This document shows positions 48,869 through 58,631 of a DNA stretch of 64,000 bases, one piece after another. This DNA comes from an uncultured bacterium (lineage in GTDB: Bacteria; Zixibacteria; MSB-5A5; UBA10806). The DNA is taken from the NCBI GenBank assembly GCA_965541585.1, contig CBEUCH010000002.1:192001-256000 (forward strand). The letters run 5' to 3'. The notes below the pieces were generated by a model that saw only the letters and a list, made by a program, of their open reading frames with translations, was not told where the DNA came from and searched no databases. The position numbers and the translations under genes are program-made. Position 1 is the stretch's first letter, and each line of letters starts with the position of its first letter.

Positions 48869-50052
48869 AAGTCCCCGATCGATTCGGTTTCTTCGGTCCC
48901 TACGGCGGCCGTTACGTTCCCGAGACCTTGATATCTGCTCTGGACGACCTTGAACAAGCCTTTGATAAATATAGAAAAGACGGGGATTTCATTTCCGAGC
49001 TTAACGGTCTTCTTAAGGACTTTTCCGGCAGGCCGACTCCGCTTTACGAGGCGGCCAATATCTCGCGACGCTGGGGAGCGAAAATCTATCTTAAACGTGA
49101 AGATCTGAACCACACCGGCGCGCACAAGATAAACAACACGCTGGGCCAGGCGCTGCTTGCCAGAAGGCTGGGGAAAACGAGAATAATCGCGGAAACCGGC
49201 GCGGGTCAGCATGGAGTCGCAACGGCATCGGCCTGTTCTCTATTAGGACTAAAATGTATCGTTTATATGGGAATAATCGATGCCGCCCGGCAGAAGCCCA
49301 ACCTTTTGAGAATGCAGATGATGGGAGCCGAGGTGGTGGAGGTAAAATCGGGATCGGGCACGCTCAAAGACGCCTGCAACGAGGCTATACGTGATTGGGT
49401 GGCTAACGTCGACGACACGCATTATATCATCGGCTCAACCGTGGGGCCCCATCCCTATCCTCTGCTGGTAAGGCATTTTCAAAAGATTATCGGGGAAGAG
49501 ACCCGACGTCAGATTATAGCCAAAGAAAACAGGCTTCCCGATTATGTATTCGCTTGTGTGGGAGGCGGCTCAAACGCTCTGGGTATATTTCATGGTTTTT
49601 TGAAAAATAATGGTGTCGGTCTGGTAGGAGTCGAATCCGCCGGGCATGGCCTGAGAAGCGGGCGTCACGCGGCCACATTGGCCCGCGGAAAGCCGGGTGT
49701 ACTTCATGGTTCGTTGTCGTATCTGTTGCAGGATGACGATGGTCAAATTGTTCCCACGGAAACACAGGCGGCCGGTCTCGATTACCCTGGGGTTGGGCCC
49801 GAACACAGTTACTTAAAAGATATCGGAAGAGTCCGGTACCTGTCGGTTACGGATAAACAGGCGGTCGATGCCTGCTTTGAGCTTTCCCGTTACGAAGGGA
49901 TAATCCCGGCGTTGGAATCATCGTACGCTCTGGCGGCCGTTAAGCGACTCGCAAAGGGCGAGGGAAAAGGGAAGCTGATCGTGGTGAATCTCTCCGGAAG
50001 GGGAGATAAAGACCTCGATAGCATAAAGGATTATGAAAACGGCAATAAGTAG
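48865..50052 (+). CDS. trpB: Tryptophan synthase beta chain
   Basis: [45 protein letters not shown]. Confidence 0.97.
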   Translation: MKVPDRFGFFGPYGGRYVPETLISALDDLEQAFDKYRKDGDFISELNGLLKDFSGRPTPLYEAANISRRWGAKIYLKREDLNHTGAHKINNTLGQALLARRLGKTRIIAETGAGQHGVATASACSLLGLKCIVYMGIIDAARQKPNLLRMQMMGAEVVEVKSGSGTLKDACNEAIRDWVANVDDTHYIIGSTVGPHPYPLLVRHFQKIIGEETRRQIIAKENRLPDYVFACVGGGSNALGIFHGFLKNNGVGLVGVESAGHGLRSGRHAATLARGKPGVLHGSLSYLLQDDDGQIVPTETQAAGLDYPGVGPEHSYLKDIGRVRYLSVTDKQAVDACFELSRYEGIIPALESSYALAAVKRLAKGEGKGKLIVVNLSGRGDKDLDSIKDYENGNK

Positions 50053-50827
50053 AAAACTCGGCAAACGAGGTGGGCGAAAGGCGCTGGTGCCTTACCTGAC
50101 CTGTGGCTTTCCCGATATGAACAGCTTTGAAAGTCTGGCTCTTTCTGTATGCGACGCGGGAGTGGATATGATTGAAATCGGGCTCCCGTTCTCAGATCCG
50201 CTCGCCGATGGGCCGACAATACAATATTCGTCGAAGACGTCGCTGGATAACGGGTTTAACCTCGAAAGAGGTTTCGCTTCCATCAAGCGGATCGCCGGAA
50301 GCACCGAAATACCGATTATCGTTATGACCTACCTGAATATCATCAGCGCCATGGGGGAGACAAAATTCTTTCGGCAATGCAGAAAAGCGGGTATCTCGGG
50401 ATTGGTGATACCTGATCTTCCCGCCGATCTATCCCATGATATCGGGAGGGCGTGTAGAGAGTTTTGTATAGATCTGGCATTATTGGTTGCCCCAACGACC
50501 CCGGTCGAGAGGATTAAAAAGATCGCCGGGCAATCGAGGGGTTTTCTATATCTGGTTTCAGTAAAAGGGACAACAGGAAAGCGAGATCGTTTTCCGCCCG
50601 GGACACTGTCGTTTATACGGAGAGTAAAAAAGCTTTCGCCTGTTCCCGTACTTGTCGGCTTCGGGATTTCCAGTCCCGCCATGGCCGCCATGGCGGCACG
50701 CTACTCAGATGGTGTCATAATTGGCAGCGCCCTGATTGATATCATTCGAAACAACGGTGATCCGCGCAAAGCATCGATACAATTGAAATCGTTTCTTCAA
50801 TCCATAGAAAAGGAGATGAATTCTTGA
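50033..50827 (+). CDS. trpA: Tryptophan synthase alpha chain
   Basis: [31 protein letters not shown]. Confidence 0.95.
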   Translation: MKTAISRKLGKRGGRKALVPYLTCGFPDMNSFESLALSVCDAGVDMIEIGLPFSDPLADGPTIQYSSKTSLDNGFNLERGFASIKRIAGSTEIPIIVMTYLNIISAMGETKFFRQCRKAGISGLVIPDLPADLSHDIGRACREFCIDLALLVAPTTPVERIKKIAGQSRGFLYLVSVKGTTGKRDRFPPGTLSFIRRVKKLSPVPVLVGFGISSPAMAAMAARYSDGVIIGSALIDIIRNNGDPRKASIQLKSFLQSIEKEMNS

Positions 50828-51192
50828 GAACAAGAGGTGTAAGAGGGGCAATAGTCGTGAAGGAGAATACACGCGAGGCGATTTTCGAAGCCACCGTGGA
50901 GCTTCTGGAGGAAATACTAAAGAAAAACTCGATTCCCACCGAGGAAATCGCGTCGATATTTTTGACGGCGACCACCGACGTTGATGCGGAATTCCCGGCC
51001 TATGCCGCTCGTCGCATGGGTTTGACCTCGGTTCCTCTCCTATGCGCTCGGGAGATGGAAGTCCCCGGCGCTATGAAAGGCGTTATCAGAGCTTTGATAC
51101 ATTTTAATACCGAGAAAAAACAATCGGAAATTATAAATCGATACCTGGGAGAGGCGCAGAAGCTTCGTCCCGACCAAGGAGTAGAAAATTGA
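50824..51192 (+). CDS. aroH: Chorismate mutase, AroH (Bacillus-type) class
   Basis: RGVRGAI, FPAYAAR, EMEVPG, YLGEAQKLRPD. Confidence 0.92.
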   Translation: MRTRGVRGAIVVKENTREAIFEATVELLEEILKKNSIPTEEIASIFLTATTDVDAEFPAYAARRMGLTSVPLLCAREMEVPGAMKGVIRALIHFNTEKKQSEIINRYLGEAQKLRPDQGVEN

Positions 51193-52205
51193 TGATCGTA
51201 GTAATGGAGAAAAAGGCCACCGCCAGGCAGATTGGGGCGGTGATAACGAAGATCCAATCGCAAGGTTGCCAGGCGCATATCTCGGAGGGGACGGAGAAAA
51301 CCATTATAGGCGTAATGGGCAACGGTTCTGGGCTTGACAAATCAAAATTGCGGATACTGGACGGCGTGGAAGATATTATACCGATTCTCAAGCCGTACAA
51401 GCTGACATCGCGAGAATTCAAGTCGGAGCAGACAGTGGTCACGGTCAATGGCGCGCGAATAGGCGGAACAAAGATAGCAGTAATTGCCGGTCCCTGCGCG
51501 GTTGAATCGTACGAGCAAACGCTGGCGGCTGCGAAGGCGGCAAAGGCCCATGGTGCAGGGTTGATGCGCGGGGGAGCCTTTAAACCTCGCACGTCGCCTT
51601 ATTCATTTCAAGGGAAGGGAAAGGAGGGGCTGGAGATCCTGGCTCAGGTGAAAAGAGAAGTGGGGTTACCCATAGTGACGGAGGTTATTTCCCCGGAAGA
51701 CGTGGAACTTGTGGCGCAATATGTCGATGTCCTTCAGATCGGAGCCAGGAACATGCAGAATTTCGCTCTTCTGGAAGTGGTGGGGAAAAGCGATAAACCC
51801 GCGCTGCTCAAGAGGGGGATGATGTCCACTGTAGAGGAGTTGTTGATGTCGGCGGAATATCTTCTTTCCAACGGCAATCGAAATGTTATTTTGTGCGAGA
51901 GGGGCATCCGGACGTTCGCAAAAATCACCCGGAACACTCCCGATCTCGCGGCCATACCCGTTATAAAGAAACTATCGCACCTCCCGGTAATTTTCGATCC
52001 GTCTCATTCTACAGGTAGAAGAGATCTTATTCTTCCCATGTCGGCGGCAGCGATAGCCTGTGGAGCGGACGGTATAATTGTCGAGATACATCCTGCACCC
52101 GAGGAAGCGCTATGCGACGGCGAACAGAGCCTTACGTTCGATGCATTCGCTGAAATGATGAAATCTCTATCGCGCCTTGCGGGCGCTGTGGAGAGGAGCC
52201 TGTGA
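51189..52205 (+). CDS. aroF: DAHP synthase type I-beta with N-terminal ferredoxin-like regulatory domain
   Basis: IAGPCAVES, GGAFKPRTSPYSFQG, GARNMQNF, CERGIRTF, DPSH. Confidence 0.95.
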   Translation: MMIVVMEKKATARQIGAVITKIQSQGCQAHISEGTEKTIIGVMGNGSGLDKSKLRILDGVEDIIPILKPYKLTSREFKSEQTVVTVNGARIGGTKIAVIAGPCAVESYEQTLAAAKAAKAHGAGLMRGGAFKPRTSPYSFQGKGKEGLEILAQVKREVGLPIVTEVISPEDVELVAQYVDVLQIGARNMQNFALLEVVGKSDKPALLKRGMMSTVEELLMSAEYLLSNGNRNVILCERGIRTFAKITRNTPDLAAIPVIKKLSHLPVIFDPSHSTGRRDLILPMSAAAIACGADGIIVEIHPAPEEALCDGEQSLTFDAFAEMMKSLSRLAGAVERSL

Positions 52206-53068
52206 GCAGACAGCCGGCCCATACCGTCGGAATGCTTGGCCTGGGTCAGATGGGGGGTTCGCTGGCCATGGCTCTGAAATCCAGCAGGCAATCCTGGACC
52301 GTTTCAGGTTACGATATCAAAAGATCGCTTACAAAGCGGGCAAAACAGGATGGGATTATAGATAAGGCAAATGTTTCCGAGGTAGATCTGATCGAGGGAT
52401 CGCAGACGGTCGTCCTGGCATTACCTGTCAATATTATTCTGGAGGTTATGGCACGCCATAAACGTATGCTTTCGACAAAAACGCTGGTTGTGGATCTGGG
52501 AAGCGTGCGCGGTTCCATCCAGAGGGTCTCATCCAGATTGAGAATGAAAAACCATGTCGGTATTCATCCCATTTGCGGCACCGCCCTTAGGGGAGGATCG
52601 GCGTGGAATGGGAGATTATACGAAGGGGCCTCCTGTTTCGTCTTTTCGAATGAGTCGACTAATGCCAGAGCTATAACCTTTGCGAGAAAACTTATAAGGG
52701 CTACAGGCGGCCAGCCTGAGACTATCGATTTTCATAATCATGATCGCGCCTTTGCCGTAACAAGTGGTCTTCCACATATTCTTGCATATTCCTTAATGAA
52801 AGTGAGGACCGGTTCACGATATATCCCGGTTGAATTGGAGGGCCCGAGTTTTGCGGGGGCTACCAGAGTTTCAGCCAGCGACCCTGTAATGGCGGGGCAG
52901 ATGCTGTATCATAATCGTGATAATCTGCTGAAGGCGGTCTCGAGGATTGAAAAGAATATCGTAAGAATCAAAGAACTTCTTTCAAAGGGCGATCTTGAGA
53001 AGCTTATTCTGACGCTGGAGAGTTATGGGAAAACGAGTCGAAGGTCGGTTAAAGCTCCCCGGGGATAA
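52202..53068 (+). CDS. tyrA: Prephenate/arogenate dehydrogenase
   Basis: GLGQMGGSLA, DLGSV, HPICG, HDRAFAVTSGLPH, TRVSAS. Confidence 0.88.
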   Translation: MSRQPAHTVGMLGLGQMGGSLAMALKSSRQSWTVSGYDIKRSLTKRAKQDGIIDKANVSEVDLIEGSQTVVLALPVNIILEVMARHKRMLSTKTLVVDLGSVRGSIQRVSSRLRMKNHVGIHPICGTALRGGSAWNGRLYEGASCFVFSNESTNARAITFARKLIRATGGQPETIDFHNHDRAFAVTSGLPHILAYSLMKVRTGSRYIPVELEGPSFAGATRVSASDPVMAGQMLYHNRDNLLKAVSRIEKNIVRIKELLSKGDLEKLILTLESYGKTSRRSVKAPRG

Positions 53069-54290
53069 ATCGATATCGCATCGCGCCCTTATACTGGCGG
53101 CGATATCGGACGGGGAATGCACAATTGAGAACCTGTCGCCGGGTCTGGATACTGAGTCAACGGCAAAATGCCTGAGCGACCTGGGAGTGAAAATGTGCAC
53201 GAAGAATGGAAAGCGCCGGATTTCCGGATTGGGTTTCCGCAATTTCAAAATCCCCGCTGCAATCCTCAACTGTGGTAATTCGGGGACGACTCTCAGGCTT
53301 CTTACAGGTTTACTGGCGGGCTCCAACATTGAGGCCGTTCTCGACGGGGATGAATCTTTAAGGCGCCGTCCGATCAATAGGGTCATAGATCCCTTGAAAA
53401 ATATGGGAGCCGATATCGAAACCACCGATGGCAATGACGGATGCCCCGTAAGAGTTCATGGCATGCAGCTTAAGGGCGTCTCTCAAATATTGAATGTACC
53501 GAGCGCGCAGGTGAAAACGGCCGTCTTGCTCGCGGGGCTTTTAGCCGAAGGAACGACTGAATTGATACAATCCGCAGACACGAGAGACCATACCGAGAGA
53601 ATTCTATCACATCTCGATGTCGATATAAAAACGGATTACGGGATAATAACTCTTAAACCGCCTGAGAACCTCAAACCGTTCGATGTCAGCGTTCCTGCAG
53701 ATCCATCCTCAGCCGCGTTCCCTGTTGTGGCCGCTCTATTGTTGCCTGGTTCCGAATTGACTCTGTATGATCTTTTACTGAATCCAGGTCGCATTGGATA
53801 TATGCGAATATTAGAGTCAATGGGGGCCGATATTGAAGTCGTGAACAAGAATAAACAATATGGTGAGACGGTTGGTGAGATTGTCGTTAAATCTTCATTA
53901 TTAAAAACCATAGACGTGGAGGCAGGCGAGGCACCATCATATATAGATGAAGCCCCGATCCTGGCTCTGGCAGCAAGCCAGGCGGCGGGACAAAGTGTAT
54001 TTCGGGGACTTTCCGAGTTGAGAGTTAAGGAATCGGACAGGTTAACGAATATTATGAGAATCATCAACATTATGGGAGGAAAAGCGTCAATCAACGAAGA
54101 CGACCTGGTTATAGAAGGTCCGTCGAGGTTGAAATATTACGATGGAGATTGTTATGGAGATCACAGGCTGGCAATGATGATTGAGACAGGTAACATTATT
54201 TCGTCCGGAGCAATGAGCGAGAAATATGGCGACGTGGCGGAGGTTTCATTCAAAGGTTTCTATGATACTATGAAGGGAGCGCTGATTTAA
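53025..54290 (+). CDS. aroA: EPSP synthase
   Basis: PGDKSISHRAL, GNSGTT, SAQVK, RDHTER, ELRVKESDR, DHRLAM. Confidence 0.95.
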   Translation: MGKRVEGRLKLPGDKSISHRALILAAISDGECTIENLSPGLDTESTAKCLSDLGVKMCTKNGKRRISGLGFRNFKIPAAILNCGNSGTTLRLLTGLLAGSNIEAVLDGDESLRRRPINRVIDPLKNMGADIETTDGNDGCPVRVHGMQLKGVSQILNVPSAQVKTAVLLAGLLAEGTTELIQSADTRDHTERILSHLDVDIKTDYGIITLKPPENLKPFDVSVPADPSSAAFPVVAALLLPGSELTLYDLLLNPGRIGYMRILESMGADIEVVNKNKQYGETVGEIVVKSSLLKTIDVEAGEAPSYIDEAPILALAASQAAGQSVFRGLSELRVKESDRLTNIMRIINIMGGKASINEDDLVIEGPSRLKYYDGDCYGDHRLAMMIETGNIISSGAMSEKYGDVAEVSFKGFYDTMKGALI

Positions 54291-55088
54291 ATGAAACCGC
54301 CCCGATTATATGGCCTTCTGGGGCATAATATATCGTATTCGCTGTCGCCGTATATGTTCAATACCATATTTAGGAAGCGGGGGATGAACAGTCTGTATAT
54401 GCCTTTTGATATAAAGCGAAACCATCTCCGGAAATTTACCGAGTCCGTGAGATTACTGGGAATCTCGGGTTTCAATGTAACGATTCCGCATAAGCTACAA
54501 GTAGCCAGATATCTCGATGACCTCGATAATTCCGCAAAGTCGGTTGGTGCGGTTAATCTCGTTATCTTTAGGAAAGGCAAACTTGTAGGATATAACGTTG
54601 ATCTGCATGGAATAAAAGGGACAGTAGAGAACCATCTGAAATTTCCGCTTAATAATCGTCGGGTGGTCTTGATCGGGGCCGGAGGTGCGGCGAGAGCTGT
54701 CATCGAATACCTTCGTAAGTCAAAACCGGGATCGGTCATTCTGACGAATAGAACGATAAAACGAGCAAGAGAGCTGCAGGATATATCGCGGGTACCAATT
54801 GCAAAGATCGTGCGTCTTGAAAAACTGAGCCGATGCATTGAAGATCTCGGTGTCGATATAGTCATAAATGCCACACCTGTGTCGACGCCCTCTATTTTGA
54901 AAAGTATCCCTTCCGGATTGAGGATATTCGACATGTCTTACAAACCGTCTGAATTTCCATACGGAAAGAGCCGTATCCGTTGCGACGGTAAATATATGCT
55001 GGCGGCTCAGGCGGCTCGCAGTTTTTCAATACTCTGTGGGGTAAAGATACCGGCTGATGAAATGTTCAAATTAATCAGGGGGAAATGA
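54291..55088 (+). CDS. aroE: Shikimate dehydrogenase
   Basis: SLSP, NVTIPHK, GAVN, GAGGAARA, INATP. Confidence 0.92.
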   Translation: MKPPRLYGLLGHNISYSLSPYMFNTIFRKRGMNSLYMPFDIKRNHLRKFTESVRLLGISGFNVTIPHKLQVARYLDDLDNSAKSVGAVNLVIFRKGKLVGYNVDLHGIKGTVENHLKFPLNNRRVVLIGAGGAARAVIEYLRKSKPGSVILTNRTIKRARELQDISRVPIAKIVRLEKLSRCIEDLGVDIVINATPVSTPSILKSIPSGLRIFDMSYKPSEFPYGKSRIRCDGKYMLAAQAARSFSILCGVKIPADEMFKLIRGK

Positions 55089-55089
55089 A

Positions 55090-56220
55090 TTGCGTTATCT
55101 TAGTTCCGGTGAATCTCACGGGCCTGCGTTGACCGTAATTATCGAAGGTCTACCGGCGGGCATCAAGATAGATCGGCGTCTGATTACAAAGGCGCTCAGT
55201 AACAGGCAAAAGGGATTTGGGCGGGGAGACAGGATGAAAATCGAATCCGACAGGCCCGAGTTCCTCTCCGGATTGATGCGCGGGAAAACAACAGGCAGTC
55301 CGCTTACTATTATGATACGCAATCGCGATTGGGATAACTGGAAAGATAGAAAACACCCTAAAAAGACGGTTCCCAGGCCCGGTCATGCAGACCTCACGGG
55401 TATGTTAAAATACGATACCGATGATATTCAGATGATAATCGAGAGAGCGTCGGCGAGGGAGACGGCTGCAAAAGTGGCGGCAGGAAGCATCGCGAAAATT
55501 TATCTTCAAAGTTTTGGCATTAAAATAATTGGCCATACTGTTGGGTTGGGAGGAGTTTTCGTCGATGATGTCCCGGACGACTACGATCGAATAAAGGCAT
55601 TGGTTGAGAAATCGGATCTCCGATGTGCAGATAGAAACTCGGCTGCCGAGATGAAGAAAAGAATTAAGAAGGCTATGGATAAAGGAGACACGGTAGGGGG
55701 GGCGGTAGAGGTCAGGGTATTCGCAGTCCCGCCGGGGATAGGAAGCTACGTGCAGTGGGATCGTCGTCTTGACGGGCGTCTGGCACAGGCCTTGATGTCA
55801 ATACCCTCTGTTAAGGCTGTCGAGCTGGGGGAGGGGTTTGCCAATGCAGCGCGCCCGGGAAGCGACGTTCATGACCCTGTATATTACTCGTCGAAGACCG
55901 GATATTTCCGCAAGAGTAACCGCGCCGGCGGGATCGAGGGGGGAATGTCTAACGGGGAGACGATTCTCGTCAGGGCCTACTTAAAGCCGATATCGACCTT
56001 GCGCAATCCGCTTGATTCCGTTGATACAAAGAATCACAGGGCGGTAAAAGCACCTTATGTCAGATCGGATACGGCCGTTATACCGGCGGCGAGCGTAGTG
56101 GCCGAGGCGGCGACAGCCTGGACTATCGCGACCTGCTTTGCTGAAAAGTTTGGCGGCGATTCTATCGAAGAATCGCTGAGAAACTACAAAGGTTACCTCA
56201 AACAGATTAAAAAACGATGA
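55090..56220 (+). CDS. aroC: Chorismate synthase
   Basis: GESHG, PRPGHAD, ERASARETA, NRAGGIEGGMSNG, RSD. Confidence 0.95.
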   Translation: MRYLSSGESHGPALTVIIEGLPAGIKIDRRLITKALSNRQKGFGRGDRMKIESDRPEFLSGLMRGKTTGSPLTIMIRNRDWDNWKDRKHPKKTVPRPGHADLTGMLKYDTDDIQMIIERASARETAAKVAAGSIAKIYLQSFGIKIIGHTVGLGGVFVDDVPDDYDRIKALVEKSDLRCADRNSAAEMKKRIKKAMDKGDTVGGAVEVRVFAVPPGIGSYVQWDRRLDGRLAQALMSIPSVKAVELGEGFANAARPGSDVHDPVYYSSKTGYFRKSNRAGGIEGGMSNGETILVRAYLKPISTLRNPLDSVDTKNHRAVKAPYVRSDTAVIPAASVVAEAATAWTIATCFAEKFGGDSIEESLRNYKGYLKQIKKR

Positions 56221-56732
56221 ACGATAAAAGGAACATAATCATATGCGGCTTTATGGGCACCGGTAAGAGCGTGGTCGGAAAGGCCGTTTCATTAGCTCTC
56301 GGTTTTGATTTTGTGGATACCGATAGTCTCGTTGAGAACAGGTGCGGAAAGACCATTGCAGAAATATTCCATGACGATGGAGAGGAATACTTTCGAGATC
56401 GGGAGAAGGAGATTCTATCTCATTTGCCGGTGCACAATACTGTCATAGCTGCAGGGGGAGGGATGATTATCGATCGGGGAAATTACAGACGGCTTTCAGG
56501 ATTGGGCCTGATGATACTTCTAACGGCGTCGGTGGATACCATATGCAAAAGGATTGGGAATAATGGTTCCCGACCGCTGCTATCCGGCGAAAACTTGAAT
56601 GAAAAGGTGCAGGGTTTACTTTCTCTCAGGCAGCCTGTTTATGACAGAATTGAATATAGGGTTAATACCGATCGAATGAATGTTGCCGATGTTTGCGACG
56701 CCGTGACAAAAATATATCGGGAAAACGCATGA
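56217..56732 (+). CDS. aroK: Shikimate kinase
   Basis: GFMGTGKS, DTD, GEEYFRDRE, GGG, RPLL. Confidence 0.93.
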   Translation: MNDKRNIIICGFMGTGKSVVGKAVSLALGFDFVDTDSLVENRCGKTIAEIFHDDGEEYFRDREKEILSHLPVHNTVIAAGGGMIIDRGNYRRLSGLGLMILLTASVDTICKRIGNNGSRPLLSGENLNEKVQGLLSLRQPVYDRIEYRVNTDRMNVADVCDAVTKIYRENA

Positions 56733-57805
56733 AAACAGAAATAACTGATTCTGATATAATGGTTGGCAGGGACCTGTTCAGCAGCTTGAAGGATATTATT
56801 GACTTCACTTCTTATTCATCATCTTTCTTGCTCACGGACAACAATATATTTACGGTGTATTCTGATAAGATAGGGAGGATCTTCGGCGAGGAAATGGAAA
56901 GCGGAAGATATTTATCCCTTCCCGCTGGTGAAAAAAGTAAAACGCTACAATTTGTGGGCCGGATAGGTGAGAAGATGCTGTTGTCGGGATTGGATAGGCG
57001 TTCGGTTCTTATAGCTCTGGGCGGCGGTGTGATCACTGATATCGGAGGGCTGGCTGCATCGATGTACATGCGGGGTATTGATTTCGTAAACATACCGACC
57101 ACGCTTGTAGGTCAAATCGACGCTTCCCTGGGTGGGAAATGCGGAGTTAATCTAAAATCCGCCAAGAACATCATGGGGCTGTTCTCTCTGCCCCGGAAAA
57201 TTATTATCGATCCCGGCTTTCTGGATACCTTAACGAGTCAGCAGATATGTGATGGCATGGTGGAGCTTCTGAAGATCGCCGCTGTGGCTGATTCCGATCT
57301 GTTCAGCAGGCTGGAATCTATTCAGTGCGATCTTGAGGGCGTGAATGATTCTATAAAGCTGGAGTTGATAGAAAGAGCCGCCCGATTGAAACTAACTGTT
57401 GTCGACAAGGATTTTCGGGAGAACGGTTACCGGATGGTCCTCAATTTCGGGCATACTACGGGACACGCGATGGAGGCGTGCGCCGGATACGGAAAATTCA
57501 GCCATGGCCAGGCCGTAGGCGTCGGAATTTTAGTGGCGGCCGAGCTATCCGATATCATCTGCCGGTTCAACGCCGGGGATAAAGGGAGATTGAAGAATGC
57601 GGTGAAATCGCTTCTGGAAAAGACGAACATCCCGGGTATTGGTGGCGGCGAGTTGTGGGATAGGATCCAATATGATAAGAAGAAGGACTTGGGAGACGTC
57701 AAATTCACGCTTCTGGAAGACCTGGGAAAGCCGCAAATTAAGACTGTGTCAAGGGATCAATTCTTGGCTGCCTATGATACAGTTTGTAAGGAGCTTTCAA
57801 GATGA
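56729..57805 (+). CDS. aroB: 3-dehydroquinate synthase
   Basis: GEKSK, GGGVITD, PTTL, DASLGGK, LNFGHT.GHA.E; ATGA overlap with aroK sets the start at 56729. Confidence 0.93.
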   Translation: MKTEITDSDIMVGRDLFSSLKDIIDFTSYSSSFLLTDNNIFTVYSDKIGRIFGEEMESGRYLSLPAGEKSKTLQFVGRIGEKMLLSGLDRRSVLIALGGGVITDIGGLAASMYMRGIDFVNIPTTLVGQIDASLGGKCGVNLKSAKNIMGLFSLPRKIIIDPGFLDTLTSQQICDGMVELLKIAAVADSDLFSRLESIQCDLEGVNDSIKLELIERAARLKLTVVDKDFRENGYRMVLNFGHTTGHAMEACAGYGKFSHGQAVGVGILVAAELSDIICRFNAGDKGRLKNAVKSLLEKTNIPGIGGGELWDRIQYDKKKDLGDVKFTLLEDLGKPQIKTVSRDQFLAAYDTVCKELSR

Positions 57806-58242
57806 AAAAAGTCTTCGTTATTCACGGACCGAACCTCAATTTACTGGGAAAAAGGGAACCCGATATCTATGGCGGCTCAACGCTTGATGAAATAAACGAG
57901 CGCATATCCCGAGAGGCGAAAAGAATCGGGATCGAATGCGAGTTTTTCCAGAGCAATATAGAGGGGGAACTGGTTGATATCGTCCAGAAGGCAGGGGAGA
58001 AGGCTGACGGCATCATAATAAATCCTGCCGGCTATAGTCATACGTCGGTGGCGCTGCTCGACGCTCTTAAGGCTGTCGATATTCCCAGAGTCGAGGTTCA
58101 TCTTTCGAACATCTTCGCGCGCGAAGAGTTTCGACGCACCTCGTTGACGGCATCCGGGTGCACCGGATCGATATCCGGCTTGGGAGTTGAAGGCTATCTG
58201 CTGGCCCTGCGTTATATTTCAGTCCTTTTGGATCGCGACTGA
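57802..58242 (+). CDS. aroQ: Type II 3-dehydroquinate dehydratase
   Basis: HGPNLNLLGKREP.IYG, QSNIEG, INPAGYSHTS, EVHLSN. Confidence 0.95.
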   Translation: MKKVFVIHGPNLNLLGKREPDIYGGSTLDEINERISREAKRIGIECEFFQSNIEGELVDIVQKAGEKADGIIINPAGYSHTSVALLDALKAVDIPRVEVHLSNIFAREEFRRTSLTASGCTGSISGLGVEGYLLALRYISVLLDRD

Positions 58243-58631
58243 AAGCTGGATGCTGAAATAGCCGGATAATTCAATTCTGTAATCAATATTAATTCTCATT
58301 TTTCTCCAGCATCTAAAGCCTAGAAACGGTTTTGGCCGGCATGCAAGCGTCGGAAAATAAGATCCCGATAAAATGTCCTTGACATGCCCCGACGAGCACG
58401 TCTTTTTATATGCGAAGTTTCCCATCCCCCCGGGAATGTTTTTGAAATACCGGCCTTTAGCGGGCTGGATATTAAGACCGGTCCCATGAGGTGCCTTTGA
58501 TGATGGTGAGGACACTACAAAGGCAAGGACAGAAAAGTGTTTATTGATTCTCGGTTTGGACCGTCCCAGAGTTTGGTCGACGGACAGCGAATCAAATTTC
58601 AATTCTTTTATTCGTTGAGGAGGAGAATAAA

